This document shows positions 1 to 7,708 of a stretch of DNA of 64,000 nucleotides, piece after piece. The DNA comes from a virus (taxonomy: Duplodnaviria; Heunggongvirae; Uroviricota; Caudoviricetes). Numbering within the stretch: position 1 is the first letter of the stretch; each line of letters begins with the position of its first letter. Location: positions 1 through 64,000 of IMG/VR virus record IMGVR_UViG_3300037400_006466, one strand, 5' to 3'. The position numbers and the translations under genes are program-made. A model generated the notes under the pieces. That model saw only the letters and a list, made by a program, of their open reading frames with translations, made no database searches and was not told the origin of the DNA.

Positions 1-100
1 TCTTAAGCTGAGCCTTGTCATTAGCACCAACAGGGTCAGTAGCAAAAACACCAGTGAGTACAACAGCCATCATTAAAAGTGCGATAAGAAATTTCTTCAT
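1..100 (-). CDS. Secreted protein, N-terminal fragment running off the window edge (MKKFLIALLMMAVVLTGVFA-TDPVG...)
   Basis: ATG at 100 with AGGAG RBS; classic signal peptide ending VFA. Confidence 0.7.
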   Translation of the reverse strand, partial: MKKFLIALLMMAVVLTGVFATDPVGANDKAQLK

Positions 101-130
101 AGTTTTTTATTCTCCTATAGGATTAATTTT

Positions 131-763
131 TCAATTTGTGATATAGCTCATGGTGATATTTGATATGTACTCACCAGGAGCTAAGCCTTCTGTCTTCTTC
201 CATGTTGCTGTGAAGAAAGCCAGATTTATATTCTCAATTGGCTTACCCGACGAATAAGCTAAGTGAAAAGCTATTCCATTACCTTCTGGAGCATAGGTCA
301 CTTGAAGGTAATCCATACTCAAACAACTCACATCTGAAATCACAGGAGTTGGTGTACTTACCACCGTTGTGGAATCCTGTGAAGTCAGAAGGTCTGAATC
401 CACATTCACCAGACTATCAGCTTCCACTGAAATACTTATAGATTCATCTGTCCTTGTCTTGGCCAGCTGAGCAATCCTGAAGTATATGGTCACATCCCTT
501 TCTGATATGTCTTCAGCTATCAATGAATCCAACTTAGCATCGCTGGCGGATTCAAGACCACCATATAACCTATACAGACCTAACATTCCCTCACCACCGA
601 CAGATGCCTGACTCAGCGTTATCTTGGATACAGTTGATCTTATGACCACTGTATCAGTCTGATAGGTATATGCCATTACTGGAAGCATACATATCATTAA
701 AATAATTAGTATAAATAATTTTTTCAATTTTAATATACTCCCAATAAAATAATTTTTCATCAA
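131..763 (-). CDS. Secreted beta-rich protein (signal peptide; C-terminal GEYxSxITMxY strand)
   Basis: Hydrophobic N-terminus ending VMA; WxL/pilin-like terminal strand; true start may be a few codons downstream. Confidence 0.6.
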   Translation of the reverse strand: MMKNYFIGSILKLKKLFILIILMICMLPVMAYTYQTDTVVIRSTVSKITLSQASVGGEGMLGLYRLYGGLESASDAKLDSLIAEDISERDVTIYFRIAQLAKTRTDESISISVEADSLVNVDSDLLTSQDSTTVVSTPTPVISDVSCLSMDYLQVTYAPEGNGIAFHLAYSSGKPIENINLAFFTATWKKTEGLAPGEYISNITMSYITN

Positions 764-882
764 AAGTCCAAAATAAGTCTAGGAGTTAAATCCTAGACAT
801 TATAATTAGTGCAACTTTTTTCAATACACTTATAATATAAAATGGATTTTCAAAAACTTCAAGAAAAAAAAATAATTTTTTC

Positions 883-1227
883 TCAATTCTCCTCACTGAC
901 ACCGAATCTCTTGTTATGTCTCAGAATAAGCCAGAACATGGCCTCATACAAATGCTGAAGTGCAGCCTCATTCTCCCTACACTTCATCTTGCTCTTCTGG
1001 AAACTCTCAATCCTGTTTATAAGAATCACAAGAAGGTCTTCATTGAGGATTCCGTTCAGCTCATTGGGACTGAATGAACCGCTATGGAACTCAAGATGGG
1101 CCAAAAGGGCATCATCTATAGAACGTCTCACCTCAAAGACGTGCATTGTAGGGTTATCCTCTGTCTTGCTCTCACCTACCACATAGGTGTAAGTGTCCTT
1201 GAAAAAATTACTGCTTATCCTTTTCAT
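883..1227 (-). CDS. tad1: Tad1-like (Acb2/Tad1 hairpin) immune-signal sponge protein
   Basis: NGILNEDLLVILINRIESFQ..CRENEAALQHLYEAMFWL..R matches the Tad1 pattern G-x-x-x-x-DLL-x-I-x-x-x-R-x-x-x-FQ...REN-x-x-AL...EA-x-x-W; start reassigned to MKRISS. Confidence 0.75.
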   Translation of the reverse strand: MKRISSNFFKDTYTYVVGESKTEDNPTMHVFEVRRSIDDALLAHLEFHSGSFSPNELNGILNEDLLVILINRIESFQKSKMKCRENEAALQHLYEAMFWLILRHNKRFGVSEEN

Positions 1228-1258
1228 ATTACAATCGCCTTCTCTATATATAATAGAA

Positions 1259-2260
1259 TCAATTTTTCCTGAAAACGAACACAGGCTCATATTTCACGCC
1301 TTTGCCCGCTATACTGCTCAGCACCATCTTCAGAGTCTCAATATGCTCCATTCCTGTATCCTCAAGCAGTCTGAAAGTGTCCTTCTCCAAATCAGGGGCA
1401 GTCTTGGTGTTGGCCACATTCATGAGAACATATCCTCCATGCTTCACAGCATCAAAGCATTTTCCTATCATAGGGGAGAGGAACCCCTTAACCCATCTGC
1501 TATATTCAGGATATCTGAGATAACTCTGCGTATCATCCTTTGAATATTCCTCTGTATTGAAATAAGGCGGTGATGTGAAGGCCATATCAAAATATTCTTT
1601 CCTAGGATCGAAATCCTCCACTGGAACACAATTCACTTTGACTTCTTTCTTAAGATACCTGTATGTGTCAGACAGTTCCTTCAACCCCTTGGCTGTGCTG
1701 ACGCTGGGGTCACAGCACTCATACTCCTTACATCTGCTGGCAAAGAACCCCATCATCCTTCCACCCCATCCTCCGCAAGGGTCGAATATCCTTCCCTTGT
1801 TTCCGTAGGTGTTGTAGAGATATTTGGCTACAGTAGGCCTGAAGTTGCTCACTGATTGCTTGGAGCAATATACCTTGGTTATCTGCCTTATCCTGTTGGT
1901 TGTCCACTTTCCCCTGTCATGTTTCCTCACCCATGGAACAAGCTTCTCAATGAGAGCATTGAACAATGCATCATCATTCCAGCAGTCCATCAGAGACTTT
2001 CCGCCGTTTGACTTGGTGTTCACCCAATCAGGGAAATATGTCCAGAGGAATCCCAGACAATGCATGGTCTGGTCAAGGACATCCCCATGCCTTATTGAGC
2101 TCTCGTCAAAAGACCACAGGGAATCAAGCTCCTTGAAGGGCTCATAGTCATCCCTGCTGTAGTTGGGGTATCCGTACCTTCTGTACCAATCCTTGTAATA
2201 TTCAACAGCCTCCCTATCATCCTTGAACTCTGAGAGGTCTGTTATCTGGAACTCTTTCAT
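1259..2260 (-). CDS. Phage amino-DNA methyltransferase (N4-C/N6-A)
   Basis: SAM-binding FDPCGGWGGR and catalytic FTSPPYF motifs; SNFRPTVAK. Confidence 0.85.
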   Translation of the reverse strand: MKEFQITDLSEFKDDREAVEYYKDWYRRYGYPNYSRDDYEPFKELDSLWSFDESSIRHGDVLDQTMHCLGFLWTYFPDWVNTKSNGGKSLMDCWNDDALFNALIEKLVPWVRKHDRGKWTTNRIRQITKVYCSKQSVSNFRPTVAKYLYNTYGNKGRIFDPCGGWGGRMMGFFASRCKEYECCDPSVSTAKGLKELSDTYRYLKKEVKVNCVPVEDFDPRKEYFDMAFTSPPYFNTEEYSKDDTQSYLRYPEYSRWVKGFLSPMIGKCFDAVKHGGYVLMNVANTKTAPDLEKDTFRLLEDTGMEHIETLKMVLSSIAGKGVKYEPVFVFRKN

Positions 2261-2265
2261 ACATC

Positions 2266-2273
2266 TAATATAA
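2266..2273 (-). promoter_or_regulatory. Putative middle promoter TTATATTA, 5 nt before the MTase ATG
   Basis: Same octamer upstream of 10459, groES, exonuclease, primase, clamp and HU-like genes. Confidence 0.6.
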
Positions 2274-2280
2274 AAAAAAA

Positions 2281-2302
2281 TCCTGGACTTCTAAGTCCAG
2301 GA
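2281..2302 (-). terminator. Intrinsic terminator
   Basis: TCCTGGACTT/AAGTCCAGGA inverted repeat followed by T-run on minus strand. Confidence 0.85.
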
Positions 2303-2324
2303 CATATATAATCTTTTTATTTAA

Positions 2325-2729
2325 TCAAAGTCCTGCCAAATGGCCTATCCAACGTGACACCAGATATATGATTGCTGACCCACCTACACCCACAAATATC
2401 CATGACCATGCCTTGGCGGCTGCCTTACCCTTCATTGAGTTGACTTCCTTGTCTATCTCCTCAGGCATTGACTTCCTAAGGGACTCAATCTTGGAATCCA
2501 TTTCTGTCTTAAGGGACTCCATCTTGATGTCCATCACATCAAATCTCGCCTCCACCTTGTCGAACTTATCAATCATGGTGTTGTTGAGAGTCGTAATTTC
2601 CTGTTTCATGTCGCCCACTTTCTCGGTGAGCTGTTCAATTGCCATATCCAGCTTATCTCCCAGATATTGAATATCCTTGGAGTTAGTCAGTCCTACGGGG
2701 CACTCTTTAGGGTCAAAATCAGTAGCCAC
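2325..2729 (-). CDS. Coiled-coil protein with one C-terminal TM helix (XhlA/holin-like)
   Basis: Heptad-rich body, terminal WSWIFVGVGGSAIIYLVSRW; GTG start with GAGGA RBS. Confidence 0.6.
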   Translation of the reverse strand: MATDFDPKECPVGLTNSKDIQYLGDKLDMAIEQLTEKVGDMKQEITTLNNTMIDKFDKVEARFDVMDIKMESLKTEMDSKIESLRKSMPEEIDKEVNSMKGKAAAKAWSWIFVGVGGSAIIYLVSRWIGHLAGL

Positions 2730-2807
2730 AAGTCTTCCTCATTTCCATTTGGTATTTCACCCATATACAACATAACAATTCACGAGCTCTTAGGCTTCTA
2801 CAATTTG

Positions 2808-2873
2808 GCTCCTATAAGGAGCACTAGGAGCACTTCACAAATGCACCTATGGGAATCGGGCATCCTTCCCATA
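2808..2873 (-). promoter_or_regulatory. Structured leader (three tandem hairpins) after the late promoter at 2884-2890
   Basis: UAUGGGAA/UUCCCAUA, GCAUU/AGUGC and GCUCCU/AGGAGC stems. Confidence 0.45.
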
Positions 2874-2953
2874 AATACATAATAATTAGTTTATGATGTT
2901 TGGGTAGGTCTCCTTTCAGAGGAAAACGGAATAACTCTCTTAAAAAAAAAATA

Positions 2954-2974
2954 CAGACCCCTTTTAGGGGTCTG
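2954..2974 (-). terminator. Intrinsic terminator closing the putative ncRNA
   Basis: CAGACCCCT-aaa-AGGGGTCTG followed by T-run. Confidence 0.85.
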
Positions 2975-3130
2975 CTCCCACTTGAAGGGAATATGTCATA
3001 AAGGACTTCTTTGATTCCAGGCGGGATTGACCCTACAAAAACCAGATGAACAATCTGTAAAACCCCTATGTCCTTACTTAGCCTGCGGGATTTGCGAACT
3101 CTGTATGTGAACATCCCCATCAAGTGGAGG
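2975..3130 (-). ncRNA. Rod-shaped structured RNA with central bubble (6S RNA-like architecture)
   Basis: CCACUUGA/UCAAGUGG, GGGGAUGU/AUAUUCCC, CAUA/UAUG closing stems, ~18/17-nt bubble, CAGGC/GCCUG, apical CAGAU/AUCUG; ends exactly at terminator. Confidence 0.55.
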
Positions 3131-3141
3131 GGATAGGAAGC

Positions 3142-3363
3142 TCAGTTCATAATGCTCACACCAGCATACTTAATCCATCTTTTTGACGGACCCAGCATAT
3201 AGATGGACCCTGTGGGAATCACAAGAGCCCTTGAACCTATACCTACCTTAGTAGGAAGGCTGGACACATCTGCCTCTTCCTCACAAAGATAAAAAGAAGC
3301 TCCTTTAATCTTTGCTCCCAATGCGTTGTAATAATCATCTTTTGTCTCTACGACTGAAATCAT
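3142..3363 (-). CDS. Hypothetical late protein
   Basis: AGGAG RBS; ACTAATT at 3410-3416. Confidence 0.65.
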   Translation of the reverse strand: MISVVETKDDYYNALGAKIKGASFYLCEEEADVSSLPTKVGIGSRALVIPTGSIYMLGPSKRWIKYAGVSIMN

Positions 3364-3440
3364 ATCTGAACTCTCCTGAAAATTAAAGTTTTTTACGAAT
3401 AGGTATAGTAATTAGTTTAAGATTCAGGAGAACATTCAGA

Positions 3441-3659
3441 TTATCCCTGCATCCTGCTGAACTTATACTTTCCCCTTACGTTGGCGAAAAAGAATTTGCC
3501 AGCTGAATCAGCCTTTCCGAATGCCTCAAAAAGCTCCACAGGTACATCCTCATAGACATACTTGCTTCCATTCTTGAACTCAACCATGAGGGTCTTGGTA
3601 TCCCCCTCATATCCCACACTCTTGATGTTCGAACTCTTGTCTGTACTAAATGACTTCAT
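3441..3659 (-). CDS. KTSC domain protein
   Basis: SSNIKSVGY..TLMVEFKNGSKYVYEDVP..F..ADSAGKFF..NVRGKY. Confidence 0.9.
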   Translation of the reverse strand: MKSFSTDKSSNIKSVGYEGDTKTLMVEFKNGSKYVYEDVPVELFEAFGKADSAGKFFFANVRGKYKFSRMQG

Positions 3660-4249
3660 TTCACAGTCTCCTCATAATTATTGAATCTCTTTATTATGGC
3701 TTTTACAACGCTCTGCGCCTGCTTCTCTGTGAATCCCTTCTCAGGACCCGCAAACACTATATTCCCGCCTATCTTGTTTGTAGTGTTCTTTATGTCAAAC
3801 ACACAGGAGTAGGCGTTCTCCTTTCTCTGTCCGTTGAAGGTGGTGGTCACTATGTTGCAGTTGACACCACTTACTTCAAAGGAAGTATAATTCAAGTCAC
3901 CGTTGAACTCTATGCTGTTGTTCACTATGGGGTCAGAGGGACAGCAGGCCAATATTCCCACAAAATCCTTGAAAGGGAAATACCTTGGAACAGGCTCCTG
4001 ATATATGACCCCTTTGGGAGTCACCACCACAACCCATTCCTTGGGAACATACTGGGTCTCCTCCAATGTATATTCCATCTTAGGCTTGGAAGGGGTGATG
4101 GCCTGCCTTATTATGGCATCTCTCTCTTCCTTGGACAGCTTGGTGAACTTGAAGGGCTCATTATGGACCTTCTTGGTCTCCGCCTTCTTGGGTTCAGCCT
4201 TCTTGGCCTTAGGACTTTGATTCTGTGTCTCTGCTTTCTTTCTTGGCAT
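3656..4249 (-). CDS. Hypothetical protein with Lys-rich N-tail
   Basis: Overlapping operon gene, phage-like codon use. Confidence 0.7.
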   Translation of the reverse strand: MPRKKAETQNQSPKAKKAEPKKAETKKVHNEPFKFTKLSKEERDAIIRQAITPSKPKMEYTLEETQYVPKEWVVVVTPKGVIYQEPVPRYFPFKDFVGILACCPSDPIVNNSIEFNGDLNYTSFEVSGVNCNIVTTTFNGQRKENAYSCVFDIKNTTNKIGGNIVFAGPEKGFTEKQAQSVVKAIIKRFNNYEETVK

Positions 4250-4553
4250 CCACTACCTCTGCTTTAGCATCTACAAAATCCTCCCCAAGAGACTTGTAGG
4301 CTCTCTTGAAATCATCAGGTCTCATTACTGAAGTTATAACATTACCCTCATAAAGAAGATAAAGTCCTGGACAGACCAGCTGATTATTCATCAAGGCATG
4401 GTCTGTCATGGGTCTGCCACAATCACACCTTCCGTTGGTCCCCTGAGGAACCTGTTTCAATCCCATGGATATGAATTTTCCCTTATATCCATCATTCCAT
4501 GAATTGAATTGAATGGCATTTATAAGCATGGGATTTCTAGGAACATAAATCAC
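4209..4553 (-). CDS. Phage protein of the 'Y-x-x-K/R-P-x-x-I-x-A-x-Q-F...PD-x-F-x-x-x-Y' family
   Basis: YVPRNPMLINAIQF...CPGLYLL...MRPDDFKRAY. Confidence 0.55.
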   Translation of the reverse strand: MIYVPRNPMLINAIQFNSWNDGYKGKFISMGLKQVPQGTNGRCDCGRPMTDHALMNNQLVCPGLYLLYEGNVITSVMRPDDFKRAYKSLGEDFVDAKAEVVDAKKESRDTESKS

Positions 4554-4909
4554 TCTGGAATCTCCCCGTTATGTGTGTAATATACACATACCTCATGGTT
4601 GTCCTTGTACTCACGGATTCCATAGAACTTGTATCCTATGTCAGTCAGCTTGTCACATACCTCTGTATAAAGGCTGTTGAGATTGTCCACAGAGACTCCG
4701 CCCTCATAGATCATCTTCACGTAAATCTCATTGAGGTTATCACTTACGACAATCTGCACCTTATAAATCTTTCCTGAGATATAGATATCCTCACCGAATA
4801 TCTCCCTCACACGGTGCTCAAGATTCTCCCTGACCACACTGATGTCTATGACATTTGAGGTCTCCTTCTTTGAGGCCCTCTTCTTCTTTTTCAACCACAC
4901 CATTTGCAT
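4550..4909 (-). CDS. Hypothetical protein
   Basis: Overlapping operon ORF. Confidence 0.65.
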   Translation of the reverse strand: MQMVWLKKKKRASKKETSNVIDISVVRENLEHRVREIFGEDIYISGKIYKVQIVVSDNLNEIYVKMIYEGGVSVDNLNSLYTEVCDKLTDIGYKFYGIREYKDNHEVCVYYTHNGEIPE

Positions 4910-5229
4910 TCTCCCACACTCAATTTATCTTCAAGGGCCTCACAGACCTTCTTGTACTCATGCTCATCAAGTCCATACTTGTCAGCTATGTCCTTGTTCT
5001 CCTTGTATGAGAAAGGCTTGAATCTGTGATTCTTGCAAGGGGACTTCCTGCAATAGGACTCACATCTTCTGTTTCCCTCATAGGATGTTCCGAAATCATC
5101 CTTGTCAGCCCTCTTGCCCTTGACGGTAAAGGTGTCTGTCTCACAAGGAAGAGTCTCATAGGTCTCAATCACATAAAGGTCTTCAGGCAATTTCATTCTC
5201 CATATCATTATTATAATGCGCTTCGTCAA
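4891..5229 (-). CDS. Hypothetical Cys-rich protein (C-terminal CKWC)
   Basis: Operon ORF; real start probably MKLPED. Confidence 0.6.
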   Translation of the reverse strand: MTKRIIIMIWRMKLPEDLYVIETYETLPCETDTFTVKGKRADKDDFGTSYEGNRRCESYCRKSPCKNHRFKPFSYKENKDIADKYGLDEHEYKKVCEALEDKLSVGECKWCG

Positions 5230-5770
5230 TTACCTCGTAAAGAGTCTCATCATACCATTTCCTCAACACAAGGATATCACCCCTCTCATAGGCCAGACAA
5301 TCAAAATCTTTCTTGAAAACATACCTTCTGTCCCCTATGACAAGAAGCCCGTCATTGACCCTATATGAGAACCTGTCAGAGGATTCCTTGCCTGTGAACT
5401 CTGCCCCTGTCTCTGCATTGACCTTGACCACAGACCATTCAGTCCTGTCCATGAGCCATGCCCCCAATTCCTTAGAGGACTTTGAGCCTGAGATATTGAT
5501 GTCCTCGTCAGGACCTATGAGTCTGCCTGTGGGACTGGGGGAATTCTCATTCTCAATGACATATGTCTTTCCGTCCACAGAGATATCTCCTTTCTCCAAG
5601 GCAACTGCAGTGTTTATGAGAACAGTGCAGATATCCTTGGGAATCCTCTTGGACATCCTTTTCTTCTCCAAAGACTCCCTTAATGTAAGCCCCTCAAGGG
5701 AAGCATTCTGCTCTGTGTCCTCAAGGAACCTGAAAAGATCTGTAAGTGTGCATTTGCTGAAATCAAACAT
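5183..5770 (-). CDS. Hypothetical protein
   Basis: Operon ORF. Confidence 0.7.
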   Translation of the reverse strand: MFDFSKCTLTDLFRFLEDTEQNASLEGLTLRESLEKKRMSKRIPKDICTVLINTAVALEKGDISVDGKTYVIENENSPSPTGRLIGPDEDINISGSKSSKELGAWLMDRTEWSVVKVNAETGAEFTGKESSDRFSYRVNDGLLVIGDRRYVFKKDFDCLAYERGDILVLRKWYDETLYEVIDEAHYNNDMENEIA

Positions 5771-6113
5771 TCCTCATCTTCTCCAACATCTCATCCATGA
5801 ACTCATCCAACTTATCCTCAACCACATCCACAAAATCATCCTTGTATATGAGGTGAAGGGTCTTGTCCTCTGTCTCTGCGATATTGACTCCCAGACTCAT
5901 AAGGAAGGGTGCCAGCATATTTATCACAGTCATTATTGATGAATATGCTACCTCAGAATAAACAAGTTCCTGGGTCTTTTTATCAGCTTTCCTTTGGGAT
6001 TTGGTGTTTATCGCCCCCTCAGCTGCATAATTCCCTATATCCCTGTGAAGGTTGAGGAGCTCCACAACCTGAAGCATCCCGTTAAGAAGGGCGTTCTCCT
6101 GTTCTTTCTTCAT
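5763..6113 (-). CDS. Hypothetical protein
   Basis: GAGGTG RBS; operon ORF. Confidence 0.7.
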   Translation of the reverse strand: MKKEQENALLNGMLQVVELLNLHRDIGNYAAEGAINTKSQRKADKKTQELVYSEVAYSSIMTVINMLAPFLMSLGVNIAETEDKTLHLIYKDDFVDVVEDKLDEFMDEMLEKMRNV

Positions 6114-6159
6114 TAATCACCTCACTTCTATAAGCCTTGAATGTCACCTTGTACTTCAT
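6082..6159 (-). CDS. 25-aa mini-ORF MKYKVTFKAYRSEVINEERTGERPS
   Basis: Directly after sigma70-type promoter with TAAGGAG RBS; overlaps next gene. Confidence 0.45.
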   Translation of the reverse strand: MKYKVTFKAYRSEVINEERTGERPS

Positions 6160-6182
6160 AGGTCTTTTCTCCTTACATTATA

Positions 6183-6211
6183 AGGATAACATATCTTTCA
6201 GATTTTGTCAA
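6183..6211 (-). promoter_or_regulatory. Early sigma70-type promoter TTGACA-17-TATCCT
   Basis: Exact -35, 17-nt spacer, TG extension, followed by ATGTAAGGAGA. Confidence 0.8.
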
Positions 6212-6225
6212 TATATTTTTGTAAA

Positions 6226-6669
6226 TCAGTGGCTGCTTGTCATATCACAATAAACATTTGTGTTACAAAACATATACTCATATCCGATGGAATTGATACC
6301 CAATGTAATCTTATGATTATTCTTCTTCTTTACTACAGCTGATTTGGTATTTGAATCCCAACTTACCACCTCACCCTCAAGAATGGGTGTTCCAAATCCA
6401 TTGCTATACTCAATGATTTCTCCTACCTGAGGAGGATATACTCTCAGCCACTCATTGTCGATTCTGTTAAACAGAACCCTAGACTTACTGTGAAGCTTAT
6501 AGCACCCTTTTCTTTCAAGATATTCAAATCTCTTTTCAGTATCAGAAAAGAACTTCTGTGTCGCCTTGTTATTTATTTTCTTGATTTTAGAATTAACTTT
6601 CTTATAACTCTTAACCCACTTTTTGATGTTAGATGGAACGTCTGTAATTTCTACATATCTCTGGTACAT
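6226..6669 (-). CDS. Early hypothetical protein
   Basis: Own early promoter and TAAGGAG RBS. Confidence 0.7.
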   Translation of the reverse strand: MYQRYVEITDVPSNIKKWVKSYKKVNSKIKKINNKATQKFFSDTEKRFEYLERKGCYKLHSKSRVLFNRIDNEWLRVYPPQVGEIIEYSNGFGTPILEGEVVSWDSNTKSAVVKKKNNHKITLGINSIGYEYMFCNTNVYCDMTSSH

Positions 6670-6692
6670 ATTCTATTTCTCCTTACATTCAT

Positions 6693-6721
6693 ATATTACC
6701 ACATCTATGTGGTTCTGTCAA
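6693..6721 (-). promoter_or_regulatory. Early promoter TTGACA-17-TAATAT with spacer palindrome ACCACA..TGTGGT
   Basis: Sequence read directly. Confidence 0.8.
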
Positions 6722-6738
6722 TACCTAAGGCAAAAAAA

Positions 6739-6762
6739 AATTGACCTTTTTCAAGGTCAATT
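6739..6762 (-). terminator. Intrinsic terminator
   Basis: AATTGACCTT/AAGGTCAATT stem plus T-run. Confidence 0.8.
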
Positions 6763-6784
6763 TAAATAAGACTATCTTATGAAA

Positions 6785-7192
6785 TCACTTCATATAATCT
6801 TTTAATGCATTTATCACATTCTGCTCAGCTTTGAAATTCTCATCATCCTCATACCAGAATCTAAGATGGGATCTGGTCAGTTCCCAATAGTTGGGGTCAT
6901 CCTCTGATATCTCATTGTTATATACATTATAATACAATCTGGAAGCAGCCTCTATTTGTCTCCATCCTGAATCAGGAGAATTCCATTCCACTATCAGCTT
7001 TTTATTTTTGTCTGATAAGAACTTTAAGGAAAGCTCAGCACAAGCTCTCCCATAATCAATCTTTATTAAATCAACAACTTCAAAATCATTATTCTTCAGA
7101 CTATTGCTAATTCCTCTTATTAAGAAATTAGAGTCAGAGAACTCATTAAATTTGATTAAGGTGTTATTATCCTTCCAAGAAGACTTCCTCAT
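6785..7192 (-). CDS. Putative internal head protein carrying the WKDxN tag
   Basis: MRKSSWKDNNTLIKFNE; ACTAATT at 7212-7218. Confidence 0.65.
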   Translation of the reverse strand: MRKSSWKDNNTLIKFNEFSDSNFLIRGISNSLKNNDFEVVDLIKIDYGRACAELSLKFLSDKNKKLIVEWNSPDSGWRQIEAASRLYYNVYNNEISEDDPNYWELTRSHLRFWYEDDENFKAEQNVINALKDYMK

Positions 7193-7213
7193 TTTTTATT
7201 ATCCTCAAAATAA

Positions 7214-7708
7214 TTAGTATTTCTTAGCATACTGATTATCTGATATCAGTTCTACCCCTAACACCTCATCAAAATGAGGCTTCTGATTGGGGATGAATCT
7301 CCCATACTTGATTATCATATTTCCCATTCCCTTCAGTGTGCTCCATAAGGGGTCATCATCCACTTCCTTCTCAGTATATCCTGAATAGATTATGAAAGGA
7401 TCATCACATCCTCTGCTCCTGAAGTATTCTATCAGACCCTTGACCTCACTGAACTGTATGAGAGGTTCAAGGCCTCCTATGACTATAGCCTTGGTGATGG
7501 GATTCCTTATGTAGGCCTTATATATTGACTCATAAGAGAAAGAACCTGTGGGTTGCTCATGTATGGGCTTGTTCTGACAACTTGTCAAAGGTATATTTCT
7601 TTCTGTGCAACACTTCCAGTCACAGAAGCAGGTGATAAGGAACATAGAGGGCTTCCTATAATTAAGGAAGTCCTCCATTATGACATTCTTAAGTCTTATC
7701 TCATTCAT
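7214..7708 (-). CDS. nrdG: Anaerobic RNR activase (radical SAM)
   Basis: CFCDWKC cluster, GGLEP, IYSGY; adjacent to nrdD. Confidence 0.85.
   Translation of the reverse strand: MNEIRLKNVIMEDFLNYRKPSMFLITCFCDWKCCTERNIPLTSCQNKPIHEQPTGSFSYESIYKAYIRNPITKAIVIGGLEPLIQFSEVKGLIEYFRSRGCDDPFIIYSGYTEKEVDDDPLWSTLKGMGNMIIKYGRFIPNQKPHFDEVLGVELISDNQYAKKY

Noticed and set aside
2824-3123. 99-aa ORF on minus strand
   Set aside because: Runs through a terminator, T-run and promoter; better explained by the structured RNA
2760-3140. tRNA, SRP RNA or hammerhead ribozyme
   Set aside because: No cloverleaf/TTC-loop, no SRP GGAA loop motif, no CUGAnGA core found
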